A stretch of 64,000 nt of DNA, from assembly GCF_003334305.1 (NCBI RefSeq), contig NZ_QOWS01000010.1; one strand, given 5' to 3'. Below the pieces are notes generated by a model. The model did not search any database. It was not told where the DNA came from and worked only from the letters and a program-made list of their open reading frames with translations. This stretch comes from Escherichia coli (GTDB lineage: Bacteria; Pseudomonadota; Gammaproteobacteria; Enterobacterales; Enterobacteriaceae). The position numbers and the translations under genes are program-made. Below are positions 1 to 11,375 of this stretch, one piece after another; position 1 is the first letter of the stretch, and each line of letters begins with the position of its first letter.

Positions 1-2972
1 AACACCAGGCGGTGCTGGCTGTCGTAGTGGTAGTGGTGGGTCCGCTCGTCGTCCGTCCGTATCACACCCGTCGGGATACGGTCCGTCTTCTCCGTCAGTC
101 TGCCGTATTCATCATAGTGGTAAACATAGTGCGCATCCTCTGCGATGCGGTTATCCGGCCACACTGTGAGTGTACTGTCCGGGTGCAGCTCCGGGTCCGG
201 CAGCCGGTTGCCCGCCGGGTCCGTGGCATACGGGATGCGGATGTCCAGGTCTGGTGCGAGGGTGCGCACACTCTCCAGCCTGCCCGTGGCGCTGTAGCCG
301 TATTCCCGCGTCTGTCGCGGGCCGCTGATGCGCACCAGGTCGCCGTTGTCACTCCACCCGTAGTCACGGTCATATACCAGGCTGTTCAGGTGCTGGCTCT
401 GTAACTGGCCTGCGGGGGTGTATGTGCTGGTCAGTTCGTATGCGGCATTACTGCCTGCCATGCTGCCGAAGCTGCGCACCGTCTCACGGTGCAGCCTGTC
501 CCGCGTATACTCGACCAGCGGCGTCCCGCCCAGCTTCATGCCCGCCAGGTAACCGCTGCCGTAGGTCAGCCACTCCACCGGCGGCAGGCTGTCCGGCGTG
601 ACGCGGTTTGCCAGCCCCTGTTCGTTGTAGGCGTGTTTCGTCTCATGCTGCCACAGCAGTTCCCCCGTCTCCGGGTTCTCCACCGTCTGCCGTTCGCCCG
701 TCAGGCGGCCCTTATCGTCGTAGCCGTAGTGGACAGCGACACGGTGGCCTTCGCTCAGGTGGCTGATTTCTCTCAGCCAGCCGTGGCCGTCATACTGCCA
801 CTGCTCTGCCGGGTCGCCGTTCACCGTCCGGTGCGTGATGCGGTCCGACGCATCGTAGTGCCAGAGGGTGACAAGCCCCTCATCTTCACTCTGCGTGAGT
901 TTTCCGGTCAGGTCATAATGATAACGTTGCGTCCGCCCGTCAAAGCCGCCCTGCTGTACCAACCGGTCCAGCGCATCGTAGCTGAAGTCGCTGTGACTGC
1001 CGTTCTCGTTAGTCAGACTGATGACACGTCCGGCAGCATCGTATTCCATGCTGCGCGTCAGCCCGCCCTGCGTGGTGCTGACCGCCTTTCCCCACGCATC
1101 GTACTGTGTCTCGCTCCGGTTGCCGTCCGGGGTGATAACGGCAGTCAGGTCGCCTGCGGCGTTGTACTCATACTGCGTTTCACGGCCCTGTGCGTCTTTC
1201 ACCGAGGTTAACCGGCCACGGTTGTCATAGTGGCGGTAAAGGCTGATACCTTCCTCGCGGTGAACCGCCGTCATCTGGCCGAAGCGGTCGTATTCATAGC
1301 GGGTCTGGTAGCCCGAGCAGTCAGTGAACGCCAGCAACTGCCCGTAGCGGCTCCACGTCATCTGCCGGGTGCTGCCCGTCGCATCCGTTGTCGTCGCCGG
1401 TAACTCACTGTGCGCGTCATCGTAGCGGTAGCGTACTGTCTCCCCGCTGCGCGATGTCTCCGATACCAGCCTGCCCGGTTCATCATATTCCCGGCGGCTC
1501 TCCAGCCCGTCCGGGTACACCACCGCCGTCAGCTGGTTCCCGTCGTTATAGTAAAATTTCGTCTCCCGCCCGTCCGGTGTGGTGATGTCCGTGATATCGC
1601 CGGACACCACATTCAGACCGTACTCTGTCCGCCGTCCCGCCGCGTCCGTCTGCGCCGTGAGCCTTCCTGCCGCGTCATACCCGCTGTGCGTGACGCTGCC
1701 GTCCGCCAGTTCTTTTTTCACCACCCGCTTCAGCCCGGCCCCGCCTTCTGTATGCAGCACCTCACGCCGGTTCAGGCTGTCGGTGACGGTGATGCGGTCC
1801 TGCTCATACTGGTAGCGGTAACTCAGGCCTGCCGGGTTAAGTTGCTCCACCACCCGCCCCGCATCGTCGTAGCGGTAGCGCATCTCCGGCCTGCCTGCAT
1901 AACGGTGCCCCACCATCCGGCCCCGGTATTTATCATCGTAAGTAAAGTGGCGCATCTGCGTACCGCTGCGGTCATACACCGCCGCCAGCTCACCGCGTGG
2001 CGTCCAGTCGTAGCACACCAGTGGCGCGGCAGGTAAATTTTCCGGGTATTCCGGGTCGTGCATCAGCCACACCGCCGAAAGACGGATACCGCTGTCAGCG
2101 CCGTATTCCGTACCGGGCAGTGTGTCGGGGAAGGAAGGAGCTGAGAGAGGGCGGGGACTGTCAGGGGAAGATAACGAAGCGGTGTGCGGTTTACGGGCCT
2201 CTTCCGCCCGCTGTGCCTGTGTGGTCAGTACCAGACGGAACTCCCGCCCGGCACCGTCCGTCACGCCGGTGATTTCCCCGGCCAGGTCACCGGCGGCCTC
2301 ACGCCGGTACGCCAGCGTCCGTCCGAAGCGGTCCGCCATCCCGGTAAGCACCCGGTACGGCGGCAGCGGCGCTGGCAGTAAGTCCTCAGCACCCGGCACC
2401 CGCTCAGACCACCCCAGTATCCACCACGGCCCCTGTGCGCTGTTGGTCGCCAGGTAAAGATGCGGGCTTAACCGGATATCCGGCGGCAGCGCCCCCCACA
2501 GCCGCGCCAGCGTATGGCCGTCCGGCTGTGCTGCCTTACCACCGCGCACCAGCCACATTGACTCACTGCGGCTGTACACCGCCTCCCCCGGCAGCAGCGG
2601 CTCAAAGTGAATGCTCCGCCCGCCGTTGTCGTTGAGTACCAGTGCATCATCGCGTATCTGTAAGCGGATATCAGAAGGCGCTTTCCAGCCGGGGCCAAAA
2701 ATTCCCACCGGCGCAGGCGTCTTCGTCCGGTAGCTGCTGTAGGTGCGGGAGAGAATGAACAGCAGCGGGTCGGGCAGCGCAAGGTCCGTCTCGCCGGGCT
2801 GTACTTTTGCACCGAGCAGCGGGTTCACCGGGTTGCCCGAGGTCATCCCGCCCGGACACACCGAGCACGCCACGCCAGTTGGCGCGCCAATTCTTACACC
2901 TGCCGAACCCTGGACAATGGGACCGCCATACTGAGTCATATCTCCCTGACGCGCCGCTGGTTTTCCGCTCAT
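1..2972 (-). CDS. rhsD: Rhs-family polymorphic toxin core protein, N-terminal ~990 codons (partial; continues beyond window start)
   Basis: Reverse-strand translation from ATG (complement of 2970-2972) reads [57 protein letters not shown]..., the conserved Rhs N-terminus; frame stays open to position 1. Absent from ORF track because no stop codon lies in the window. Symbol inferred from K-12 synteny (downstream of ybbP). Confidence 0.9.
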   Translation of the reverse strand, partial: MSGKPAARQGDMTQYGGPIVQGSAGVRIGAPTGVACSVCPGGMTSGNPVNPLLGAKVQPGETDLALPDPLLFILSRTYSSYRTKTPAPVGIFGPGWKAPSDIRLQIRDDALVLNDNGGRSIHFEPLLPGEAVYSRSESMWLVRGGKAAQPDGHTLARLWGALPPDIRLSPHLYLATNSAQGPWWILGWSERVPGAEDLLPAPLPPYRVLTGMADRFGRTLAYRREAAGDLAGEITGVTDGAGREFRLVLTTQAQRAEEARKPHTASLSSPDSPRPLSAPSFPDTLPGTEYGADSGIRLSAVWLMHDPEYPENLPAAPLVCYDWTPRGELAAVYDRSGTQMRHFTYDDKYRGRMVGHRYAGRPEMRYRYDDAGRVVEQLNPAGLSYRYQYEQDRITVTDSLNRREVLHTEGGAGLKRVVKKELADGSVTHSGYDAAGRLTAQTDAAGRRTEYGLNVVSGDITDITTPDGRETKFYYNDGNQLTAVVYPDGLESRREYDEPGRLVSETSRSGETVRYRYDDAHSELPATTTDATGSTRQMTWSRYGQLLAFTDCSGYQTRYEYDRFGQMTAVHREEGISLYRHYDNRGRLTSVKDAQGRETQYEYNAAGDLTAVITPDGNRSETQYDAWGKAVSTTQGGLTRSMEYDAAGRVISLTNENGSHSDFSYDALDRLVQQGGFDGRTQRYHYDLTGKLTQSEDEGLVTLWHYDASDRITHRTVNGDPAEQWQYDGHGWLREISHLSEGHRVAVHYGYDDKGRLTGERQTVENPETGELLWQHETKHAYNEQGLANRVTPDSLPPVEWLTYGSGYLAGMKLGGTPLVEYTRDRLHRETVRSFGSMAGSNAAYELTSTYTPAGQLQSQHLNSLVYDRDYGWSDNGDLVRISGPRQTREYGYSATGRLESVRTLAPDLDIRIPYATDPAGNRLPDPELHPDSTLTVWPDNRIAEDAHYVYHYDEYGRLTEKTDRIPTGVIRTDDERTHHYHYDSQHRLV

Positions 2973-3361
2973 ATAAAGTGCCCTTTTAGTTATTGTTCAT
3001 ATCCCTGTGTTAGCAACAAAAAAAATAAAATGACACACAAGACCAGCTAATGTATTTATATATTTTTCACATAAACTTATTTGTTCTCAATCAACAACAA
3101 CTGTTATTACAGGTCACTTTCAATATTTTATTAAACTAAAATTTTTAGCACAGATGAATTCATCATCAACAAATTCACTATATGGATAATATCCATTCAA
3201 CGCATATGATTTATGATTTTATTAGTCTGAGTTATTTTTGTAGGGCTATATTTAAAATTATTAAACTCCACCGATTCAGATTAATATCGCAATAGAAAGA
3301 TAGGAAATCACCAATTCAATAACATCATCAATGAAACATATTGTAGAATTAATTTAAACAA

Positions 3362-3385
3362 GGCGTTCCATTCAACCAGAACGCC
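3362..3385 (-). terminator. Probable intrinsic terminator downstream of ybbP
   Basis: Inverted repeat ggcgttc...gaacgcc immediately 3' of the ybbP stop, followed on the reverse strand by a T-rich stretch. Confidence 0.5.
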
Positions 3386-3400
3386 CCTTATTTACTCTCA

Positions 3401-5815
3401 TCACCCCGCAAACTGCCTGAACAGCGCCTTACCCTTAACCAGTCTCGCGCCCAGCCAGCCGCCGAAAAGCGACAGCAGCAGCGCACCGCTGCACGGCAGA
3501 ACAATCCACAATCGCCAGTCTGGCTCCCACGGGAAATCAAACACTTTCGCCTGCAACACTGCCAGCGCCGTTTCCGCACCAATTGCGGCTACCAGGCCAG
3601 AAACAAACCCAAGCATGGCGAACTCGCACCACAATGTCGTACGCAGCAGTTTTTTCCCCGCACCGAGTGTGCGCCACACCACCAGCTCCTGATGACGCTG
3701 ACGCATTCCCACCTGCACCTGTGCCAGCAACAGCAACATACCGCAGGCGGTGACCAGCACCACCATCACCTCCAGCGCCCGACTTACCTGCTCCAGCACC
3801 TGACCGACCTGTTTTAAAATCGCGCCAATGTCTAACAGGCTAATGGTAGGGAACTGGCGGTTGAGTTGTGTCAACATGCCGTTGCCATTCTCCCAGCGGA
3901 AACTGGTAAGCCAGCTCTGCGGTTGCCCGTCTAATGCCCCTTCAGGGAAAATAAAATAGAAATTAGGCCGCAGACTTTCCCAGTCCACTTTGCGCAGGCT
4001 GGTCACTTTAGCGCGGAACTCCTGGGTATCGCCCATAAAAGTCACGGTATCACCGAGGGCAACGTTTAAGCGTTTCGCCAGCCCCTCTTCCATCGACACT
4101 TCATCGGCTTTTGGCGGCCAGTTACCGGCGACAATCGGATTATGATCGGGTCGCGTATTTTGCCAGGTAAGATTGAGTTCGCGGTTAAGCGCCTCATCTT
4201 CATTACCTTCTGTCGGCTTATCGTTAATCGCCGTCAGCCGCGCCCGCACTACCGGATAAAATGATTCCGGGACTATCTGATGTTCCGCGAGGAACGCTTT
4301 TAGCGGTTCTACCTGTTCTGTGGCAATGTTAATTAAAAAGTAGTTCGGGCTTTCTGGAGGTAGCTGCTGCTGCCAGCGGTCAAGCAGATCGCCACGCAAT
4401 ACCAGCAACAGCGCCAGCAGCATAAAGGAGAGCGAAAATGCCGAAAGCTGGCTTAATGTTGACCACGGCTGACGTAACAGGCGGCTAACCGCCAGGCGCA
4501 GAGGTAGCGATTTCAGCGTCATGCGGCGAAGTACATTCAGCATCATCCAGCCCAGCACACCGCACAGCAAAGCCAGTACTACCGCGCCCGCCAGCACCGC
4601 CCAAAGCAGCATGCTGCCACCCATTAATCCGGCGAGCAGCAGCACAACCACCACACTGACAATCGGCAGATAAAACTTCAGCGGCCAGACGTTCGCGACC
4701 ACATCATTACGTAATACGCGTAAAGGCTGCGTTGCCAGCAACAAGCGGTACGGTCGTAGCCCCACCAGCAGCGAGATAACCGTCATGGTGCCCAGCGCCC
4801 ATAGCCACGGCCAGAGGCTGGCTGGCGGTAGTGCAGCAGGCAGAACGGGCTTGAGCAGCACCATCAACACGTTTTCGAACAACAGGCCTATCGCCCCACC
4901 GGTAACGGCTGAAAGCGCCAGCACCAGCAACCACTGACCGACGATTAGCTTACGCAGTTGCGCTCGCCCTGCCCCCAGCGTTTTGAGGATCGCCACCAGA
5001 TCGTAGCGACTGCGACAGTAATGATTCATCGCTACCGCCACTGCTGCCACTGCCAGCAGCAAGGTCAGAAGCGCCGAAAGCAGCAGGAACTGTTGCGAGC
5101 GTTCCATCGATCGCCCCAGCGCGCCTTCGTCCTGTTCCAGACCGTACCAGCGTTGTTCGGGTTTAAGCTGGGGTAACAACCATTTCTCATAGCCGTCGAG
5201 CTGGTTCTCGTTGCCGCCGAATTTATAACGCCAGGTGACCCGACTCCCCGGCTGCACGGCTCCGGTTTTATCGACATCCGCCAGATTCATCATCAGACGC
5301 GGAGCCATCTGGAAGGGGTTAAAACCGGAATCCGGTTCCTGAATCACTTCTCCGGCAATCCGCAAGGTGGCATCGCCCACGTCAATGGTGTCGCCCGTTT
5401 TCAGGTTAAGCAGCGCCATCAGGCGTGGGGCCAGCAATACGCTGCCCGCCTGCGGTTTCAGGCCAGGGGGATTAGTTTGCAGATCGCCATACATCGGGTA
5501 GATATCATCCACCGCTTTGACGTTCGCCAGCTGCGGTGTGTCGCCTGCAAATGTCATGGTGGCGAAAGTCAGCTGCTTGCCGACTTTCAGGCCGCGCTTT
5601 TGCGCTTCCTCCAGCCATGCTTGCGGCACTTCGCGCGAACTGCGCAACGCCCGATCGCCCGCCATAAACTCCCGGCTTTGTTGGCTTAAGCCCTTCTCCA
5701 TGCGATCGCTGATATTGCCCAGCGCCAGCACGCAGGCCACCGCCAGGCTTAGCGCCAGCCAGACAATTAATAGCGACGGCGAACGCCATTCGCGCCAGAA
5801 CCAACGTGCAATCAT
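3401..5815 (-). CDS. ybbP: ABC transporter permease, FtsX-like (LolE/MacB-type), 804 aa
   Basis: ORF track 3401..5815 (-), 804 aa, multi-TM; 4-nt overlap with the upstream ATPase gene ybbA. Confidence 0.95.
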   Translation of the reverse strand: MIARWFWREWRSPSLLIVWLALSLAVACVLALGNISDRMEKGLSQQSREFMAGDRALRSSREVPQAWLEEAQKRGLKVGKQLTFATMTFAGDTPQLANVKAVDDIYPMYGDLQTNPPGLKPQAGSVLLAPRLMALLNLKTGDTIDVGDATLRIAGEVIQEPDSGFNPFQMAPRLMMNLADVDKTGAVQPGSRVTWRYKFGGNENQLDGYEKWLLPQLKPEQRWYGLEQDEGALGRSMERSQQFLLLSALLTLLLAVAAVAVAMNHYCRSRYDLVAILKTLGAGRAQLRKLIVGQWLLVLALSAVTGGAIGLLFENVLMVLLKPVLPAALPPASLWPWLWALGTMTVISLLVGLRPYRLLLATQPLRVLRNDVVANVWPLKFYLPIVSVVVVLLLAGLMGGSMLLWAVLAGAVVLALLCGVLGWMMLNVLRRMTLKSLPLRLAVSRLLRQPWSTLSQLSAFSLSFMLLALLLVLRGDLLDRWQQQLPPESPNYFLINIATEQVEPLKAFLAEHQIVPESFYPVVRARLTAINDKPTEGNEDEALNRELNLTWQNTRPDHNPIVAGNWPPKADEVSMEEGLAKRLNVALGDTVTFMGDTQEFRAKVTSLRKVDWESLRPNFYFIFPEGALDGQPQSWLTSFRWENGNGMLTQLNRQFPTISLLDIGAILKQVGQVLEQVSRALEVMVVLVTACGMLLLLAQVQVGMRQRHQELVVWRTLGAGKKLLRTTLWCEFAMLGFVSGLVAAIGAETALAVLQAKVFDFPWEPDWRLWIVLPCSGALLLSLFGGWLGARLVKGKALFRQFAG

Positions 5816-6498
5816 GCTTCCTCCTGCAACTGCCCGTTCACCAGCCGTAAGCAGCGGTCGCAGCGTGCCGCCAGTTGCAGGTCGTGGGTCACCATAATCA
5901 ACGTGGTGCCATGTTCACGGTTGAGGGAAAACAGCAGGTCGGCAATTTTATCGCCCGTCTGGCGGTCAAGGTTGCCGGTGGGTTCGTCGGCAAACAGCAC
6001 ATCAGGTCGACCATTAAAGGCTCGTGCCAGCGCCACTCGTTGCTGTTCACCGCCGGAAAGCTGTGCCGGAAGATGATCCAGACGTTTACCCAGCCCTAAC
6101 TGTTCGAGCAACGCTTTCGCCCCGTTACGACTTTCCGCGCTACTCTCACCGCGCAGCAGAGCCGGAAGCTCGACGTTTTCCAGCGCGTTAAGGGTAGGAA
6201 TTAACATAAATGACTGAAAAACAAAGCCGACGTGCTTCGCGCGCAACTTTGCCCGCGCTTCTTCGTCCATATTATGTAGCGGTTGTCCCACCAGACTCAC
6301 TTCGCCACTGCTGCCGTCATCAAGCCCGGCGAGGATCGCCAGCAAGGTTGACTTACCCGATCCCGACTCGCCCACCAGTGCGATGGTCTCGCCACGTTTG
6401 ACAACCAGCTCAACTCCGGTGAGGATGGAGAGTTCATGCTCCCCCTGACCGACGGACTTCTTAAGATGATGAACTTCAACAATGTTTTCCGCTGGCAT
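5812..6498 (-). CDS. ybbA: ABC transporter ATP-binding protein, 228 aa
   Basis: ORF track; Walker A GESGSGKST, ABC signature LSGGEQQR, Walker B LFADEPTGNLD. Confidence 0.95.
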   Translation of the reverse strand: MPAENIVEVHHLKKSVGQGEHELSILTGVELVVKRGETIALVGESGSGKSTLLAILAGLDDGSSGEVSLVGQPLHNMDEEARAKLRAKHVGFVFQSFMLIPTLNALENVELPALLRGESSAESRNGAKALLEQLGLGKRLDHLPAQLSGGEQQRVALARAFNGRPDVLFADEPTGNLDRQTGDKIADLLFSLNREHGTTLIMVTHDLQLAARCDRCLRLVNGQLQEEA

Positions 6499-7092
6499 TT
6501 GCCCTTCCTGTTCCTGGTCCTGTTAACCTTCCGTGCCGCCGCAGCGGACACGTTATTGATTCTGGGTGATAGCCTGAGCGCCGGGTATCGAATGTCTGCC
6601 AGCGCGGCCTGGCCTGCCTTGTTGAATGATAAGTGGCAGAGTAAAACGTCGGTAGTTAATGCCAGCATCAGCGGCGACACCTCGCAACAAGGACTGGCAC
6701 GCCTTCCGGCTCTGCTGAAACAGCATCAGCCGCGTTGGGTGCTGGTTGAACTGGGCGGCAATGACGGTTTGCGTGGTTTTCAGCCACAGCAAACCGAGCA
6801 AACGCTGCGCCAGATTTTGCAGGATGTCAAAGCCGCCAACGCTGAACCATTGTTAATGCAAATACGTCTGCCTGCAAACTATGGTCGCCGTTATAATGAA
6901 GCCTTTAGCGCCATTTACCCCAAACTCGCCAAAGAGTTTGATGTTCCGCTGCTGCCCTTTTTTATGGAAGAGGTCTACCTCAAGCCACAATGGATGCAGG
7001 ATGACGGTATTCATCCCAACCGCGACGCCCAGCCGTTTATTGCCGACTGGATGGCGAAGCAGTTGCAGCCTTTAGTAAATCATGACTCATAA
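6466..7092 (+). CDS. tesA: Acyl-CoA thioesterase I / protease I / lysophospholipase L1 (SGNH hydrolase), 208 aa
   Basis: Track ORF 6436..7092; start placed at MMNFNNVFRW (ATG 6466); signal peptide then GDSLSAG motif. Confidence 0.93.
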   Translation: MMNFNNVFRWHLPFLFLVLLTFRAAAADTLLILGDSLSAGYRMSASAAWPALLNDKWQSKTSVVNASISGDTSQQGLARLPALLKQHQPRWVLVELGGNDGLRGFQPQQTEQTLRQILQDVKAANAEPLLMQIRLPANYGRRYNEAFSAIYPKLAKEFDVPLLPFFMEEVYLKPQWMQDDGIHPNRDAQPFIADWMAKQLQPLVNHDS

Positions 7093-7891
7093 AGCAACGG
7101 AGATCCTGACAGGTAAAGTTATGCAAAAATCGGTCTTAATTACCGGATGTTCCAGTGGAATTGGCCTGGAAAGCGCGCTCGAATTAAAACGCCAGGGTTT
7201 TCATGTGCTGGCAGGTTGCCGAAAACCGGATGATGTTGAGCGTATGAACAACATGGGATTTACCGGCGTGTTGATCGATCTGGATTCACCAGAAAGTGTT
7301 GATCGCGCAGCAGACGAGGTGATCGCCCTGACCGATAATTGTCTGTATGGGATCTTTAACAATGCCGGATTCGGCATGTATGGCCCCCTTTCCACCATCA
7401 GCCGTGCGCAGATGGAACAGCAGTTTTCCGCCAACTTTTTCGGCGCACACCAGCTCACCATGCGCCTGTTACCCGCGATGTTACCGCACGGTGAAGGGCG
7501 TATTGTGATGACATCATCGGTGATGGGATTAATCTCCACGCCGGGTCGTGGCGCTTACGCGGCCAGTAAATATGCGCTGGAGGCGTGGTCAGACGCACTG
7601 CGCATGGAGCTGCGCCACAGCGGAATTAAAGTCAGCCTGATCGAACCCGGTCCCATTCGTACTCGCTTCACCGACAACGTCAACCAGACGCAAAGTGATA
7701 AACCAGTCGAAAATCCCGGCATCGCCGCCCGCTTTACGTTGGGACCGGAAGCGGTGGTGGACAAAGTACGCCATGCTTTTATTAGCGAGAAGCCGAAGAT
7801 GCGCTATCCGGTAACGCTGGTGACCTGGGCAGTAATGGTGCTCAAGCGCCTGCTGCCGGGGCGCGTGATGGACAAAATATTGCAGGGGTGA
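7082..7891 (+). CDS. ybbO: Short-chain dehydrogenase/reductase family oxidoreductase, 269 aa
   Basis: ORF track; Rossmann motif TGCSSGIG, catalytic YAASK; start overlaps tesA stop by 11 nt (alternative start at internal ATG ~7121 possible). Confidence 0.9.
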   Translation: MTHKATEILTGKVMQKSVLITGCSSGIGLESALELKRQGFHVLAGCRKPDDVERMNNMGFTGVLIDLDSPESVDRAADEVIALTDNCLYGIFNNAGFGMYGPLSTISRAQMEQQFSANFFGAHQLTMRLLPAMLPHGEGRIVMTSSVMGLISTPGRGAYAASKYALEAWSDALRMELRHSGIKVSLIEPGPIRTRFTDNVNQTQSDKPVENPGIAARFTLGPEAVVDKVRHAFISEKPKMRYPVTLVTWAVMVLKRLLPGRVMDKILQG

Positions 7892-7909
7892 GTTGAAGCG
7901 CGCGCTTAA

Positions 7910-8806
<897 letters not shown>

Positions 8807-8836
8807 TATTCCGTTGATCGGCACATGAACCACAAC

Positions 8837-8862
8837 GCCGGATGCGATGCTGCGCATCCGGC
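8837..8862. repeat. REP-like GC-rich palindrome between convergent cnoX and fetB
   Basis: gccggatgcgatgctgcgcatccggc, inverted repeat with the gccggatg...catccggc core typical of REP units. Confidence 0.6.
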
Positions 8863-8868
8863 ATCGCA

Positions 8869-9648
8869 TCATTTCTTCTTCAATTGCGTCACCACCAACT
8901 GGTGGCGCGAATTATAAAACTTACGATAGGTTAAATAGCAGGCAATAATGGTCGACAAGCTGGCGGTTGAGAGCAGCATAAAGGTCACCATAATCTGATA
9001 TTTAATCGCCTTCACCGGATCAATCCCGGCAAATATCAGCCCGGACATCATTCCTGGTAAACTCACTAAGCCAACCGTTTTTGCTGAATCGACCGTCGGA
9101 ATTAAAGCCGCGCGAATACTGTCGCGAATCAATATCGCTGAAGCCTGCTTCGGCGTCGCACCAAGACTCAGTTTCTCCTGAATCTGTTGCTGTTCGCTAA
9201 TGACCCGTTGCCCTAAATTGTTGTAACACAACCCCACCGCTACCATGGCGTTACCGGCAATCATCCCGGCGATAGGGATCACCTGCATCGGGATAAATTC
9301 AATCGACCCAGAGAGAATCAGCACCGCCAGGGTAATTCCCGCCCCGACCGTAATGGCAATAAACGATGAGATAAAAGCTTTAGCAATATATTTACTGCGT
9401 TTTTGCGCGTTCCACGCCGCATTAAAGCAGATAAATAACACCATCAATAATGTCAGGCTGGCATCATCCACGCTGAAAATATACTTCAGCACATAGCCGA
9501 CAATAATCAGCTGAATTATCGCTCGCCCGACGCTCCAGAAAATATCTTTCTCCAGCGCCAGTTTTTCTTTATGGCTAATTAAGATTGCCACCACCACCAG
9601 CATTAATGCCAGTGCCAATGATTCGTTAGTAATATTATGCGAGTTCAT
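8869..9648 (-). CDS. fetB: Iron export ABC transporter permease (YbbM family), 259 aa
   Basis: Track ORF 8869..9675; start placed at MNSHNITNESLALAL (complement of 9646-9648); multi-TM. Confidence 0.9.
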   Translation of the reverse strand: MNSHNITNESLALALMLVVVAILISHKEKLALEKDIFWSVGRAIIQLIIVGYVLKYIFSVDDASLTLLMVLFICFNAAWNAQKRSKYIAKAFISSFIAITVGAGITLAVLILSGSIEFIPMQVIPIAGMIAGNAMVAVGLCYNNLGQRVISEQQQIQEKLSLGATPKQASAILIRDSIRAALIPTVDSAKTVGLVSLPGMMSGLIFAGIDPVKAIKYQIMVTFMLLSTASLSTIIACYLTYRKFYNSRHQLVVTQLKKK

Positions 9649-10312
9649 AGCGTGCTTCCTGCATTTCTCCGGCATGCGGTTGCAGTGTAATCACTTTATC
9701 CGCATGATTAATTTCGTCTTTATCGTGTGTCACCCACAGCACGGCAATATTTTGCTCGCGCACATAACGATGGATCATCTCATTAACGTTATGTTTATTA
9801 CTTTCATCCAGCGCACTGGTGATTTCATCCAGCAATAAAACCTTCGGCATAAATTGCAGGTTACGAATCAGTGAGATGCGTTGTTTTTCACCACCAGATA
9901 GCTCGGCGATATTTTTCGTCAAAATGCTGTCCGGCAAAGCGAAGCGTTCGAGAAAATCGAGAAAAATGGCCGGGTCAGGCTGCTGGTTACGGATCTGCCA
10001 GGGAAAGATCAGATTATCGTATACCGTATCGCCAAACAGCGTCGGCGTCTGGGCGCAGTAAGAGACTTGCTGGCGGTAGATTTCTGGCTTTAGTGTGCTG
10101 ACATCCTCACCTTCAAACAGTAACGTTCCGCTGGTTGGGCTGATCAATGAAGCAACTATTTTTAGCAGCGTACTTTTGCCACAACCGGAAGGACCGGTAA
10201 TTAACTTAAATTCGCCAGCACGCAGCGAAAAATTGATGTTATTAAGAATCTTCGCATCACCCGCCAGATATCCTACGTTTTGTAGCTGAAGCAAAGGACT
10301 ATTTTCCTGCAT
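9635..10312 (-). CDS. fetA: Iron export ABC transporter ATP-binding protein, 225 aa
   Basis: Track ORF 9635..10315; Walker A GPSGCGKST, signature LSGGEKQR; overlaps fetB start. Confidence 0.92.
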   Translation of the reverse strand: MQENSPLLQLQNVGYLAGDAKILNNINFSLRAGEFKLITGPSGCGKSTLLKIVASLISPTSGTLLFEGEDVSTLKPEIYRQQVSYCAQTPTLFGDTVYDNLIFPWQIRNQQPDPAIFLDFLERFALPDSILTKNIAELSGGEKQRISLIRNLQFMPKVLLLDEITSALDESNKHNVNEMIHRYVREQNIAVLWVTHDKDEINHADKVITLQPHAGEMQEARYELA

Positions 10313-10457
10313 CACTGTTCCCTTTTTCTGATTTTTACTAAAAACAGTTTATCCTTCGCAGGAATAAGGGGGAACTCTCTTTCAGTAATCAGGTATAATT
10401 TGTTTAATCAAGCAGCAATTTTGCTGATTATGGACGGTACAACAGGAGGTTTTTCCG

Positions 10458-11375
10458 ATGCTTATCTTTATCCCGATTCTCATTTTTGTCGCGCTGGTCA
10501 TTGTCGGCGCGGGCGTCAAAATCGTGCCGCAGGGCTATCAATGGACGGTAGAACGTTTTGGTCGCTATACCAAAACGTTACAGCCGGGGCTCAATCTGGT
10601 GGTGCCGTTTATGGATCGCATTGGTCGCAAGATCAATATGATGGAGCAAGTGCTCGATATCCCTTCCCAGGAAGTTATCTCGAAAGATAACGCCAACGTT
10701 ACCATCGACGCAGTCTGTTTTATTCAGGTGATTGACGCGCCGCGCGCGGCTTATGAAGTCAGCAATCTGGAGCTGGCGATCATCAACCTGACCATGACTA
10801 ACATCCGTACCGTGTTGGGTTCAATGGAACTTGACGAAATGCTCTCTCAGCGCGACAGCATCAACTCACGCCTGCTGCGTATTGTCGATGAAGCCACCAA
10901 CCCGTGGGGGATTAAAGTCACCCGTATTGAAATTCGCGACGTGCGCCCACCGGCAGAGCTTATCTCTTCAATGAACGCGCAGATGAAAGCGGAACGTACC
11001 AAACGCGCTTACATTCTTGAAGCGGAAGGGATCCGTCAGGCGGAAATCCTCAAAGCCGAAGGTGAAAAACAGTCGCAAATCCTGAAAGCGGAAGGCGAAC
11101 GTCAGTCGGCGTTTTTACAGGCTGAAGCGCGTGAACGTTCCGCCGAAGCAGAAGCCCGCGCCACCAAAATGGTGTCTGAAGCTATCGCCTCCGGTGATAT
11201 TCAGGCGGTGAACTACTTCGTAGCGCAGAAATACACCGAAGCGTTACAGCAGATCGGTTCCTCCAGTAACAGCAAAGTAGTGATGATGCCATTAGAGGCC
11301 AGCAGCCTGATGGGGTCGATTGCCGGGATTGCCGAGCTGGTGAAAGACAGCGCCAACAAACGGACTCAGCCATGA
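10458..11375 (+). CDS. qmcA: SPFH/band-7 (stomatin-like) membrane protein, 305 aa
   Basis: ORF track; SD aggagg 7 nt upstream of ATG; N-terminal TM then SPFH domain. Confidence 0.95.

Noticed and set aside
489-2036. Forward-strand ORFs inside the rhs region (e.g. 489..1211, 240 aa; 1410..2036, 208 aa; 12..404, 130 aa)
   Set aside because: They lie antisense to the recognised Rhs reading frame on the reverse strand; in GC-rich repeat-encoding DNA the antisense frames are often open. Translations are low-complexity (R/V/A-rich) with no recognisable domain.
6436-6465. N-terminally extended ORF starts in the track (tesA 6436, cnoX 7916, fetB 9675, ybaQ 17865, adk 28864, ybaB 31918, apt 34621, acrA 40324, ylaC 46688, atl 49586, tesB 50799, glnK 53517, mdlB 55455, decR 57822, cof 58577, ybaE 58650, hha 45425)
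   Set aside because: The track reports the longest ORF. In each case an internal start reproduces the known protein N-terminus or length, and the extension would overlap the neighbouring gene or lack an SD. Exact starts remain uncertain by a few codons.
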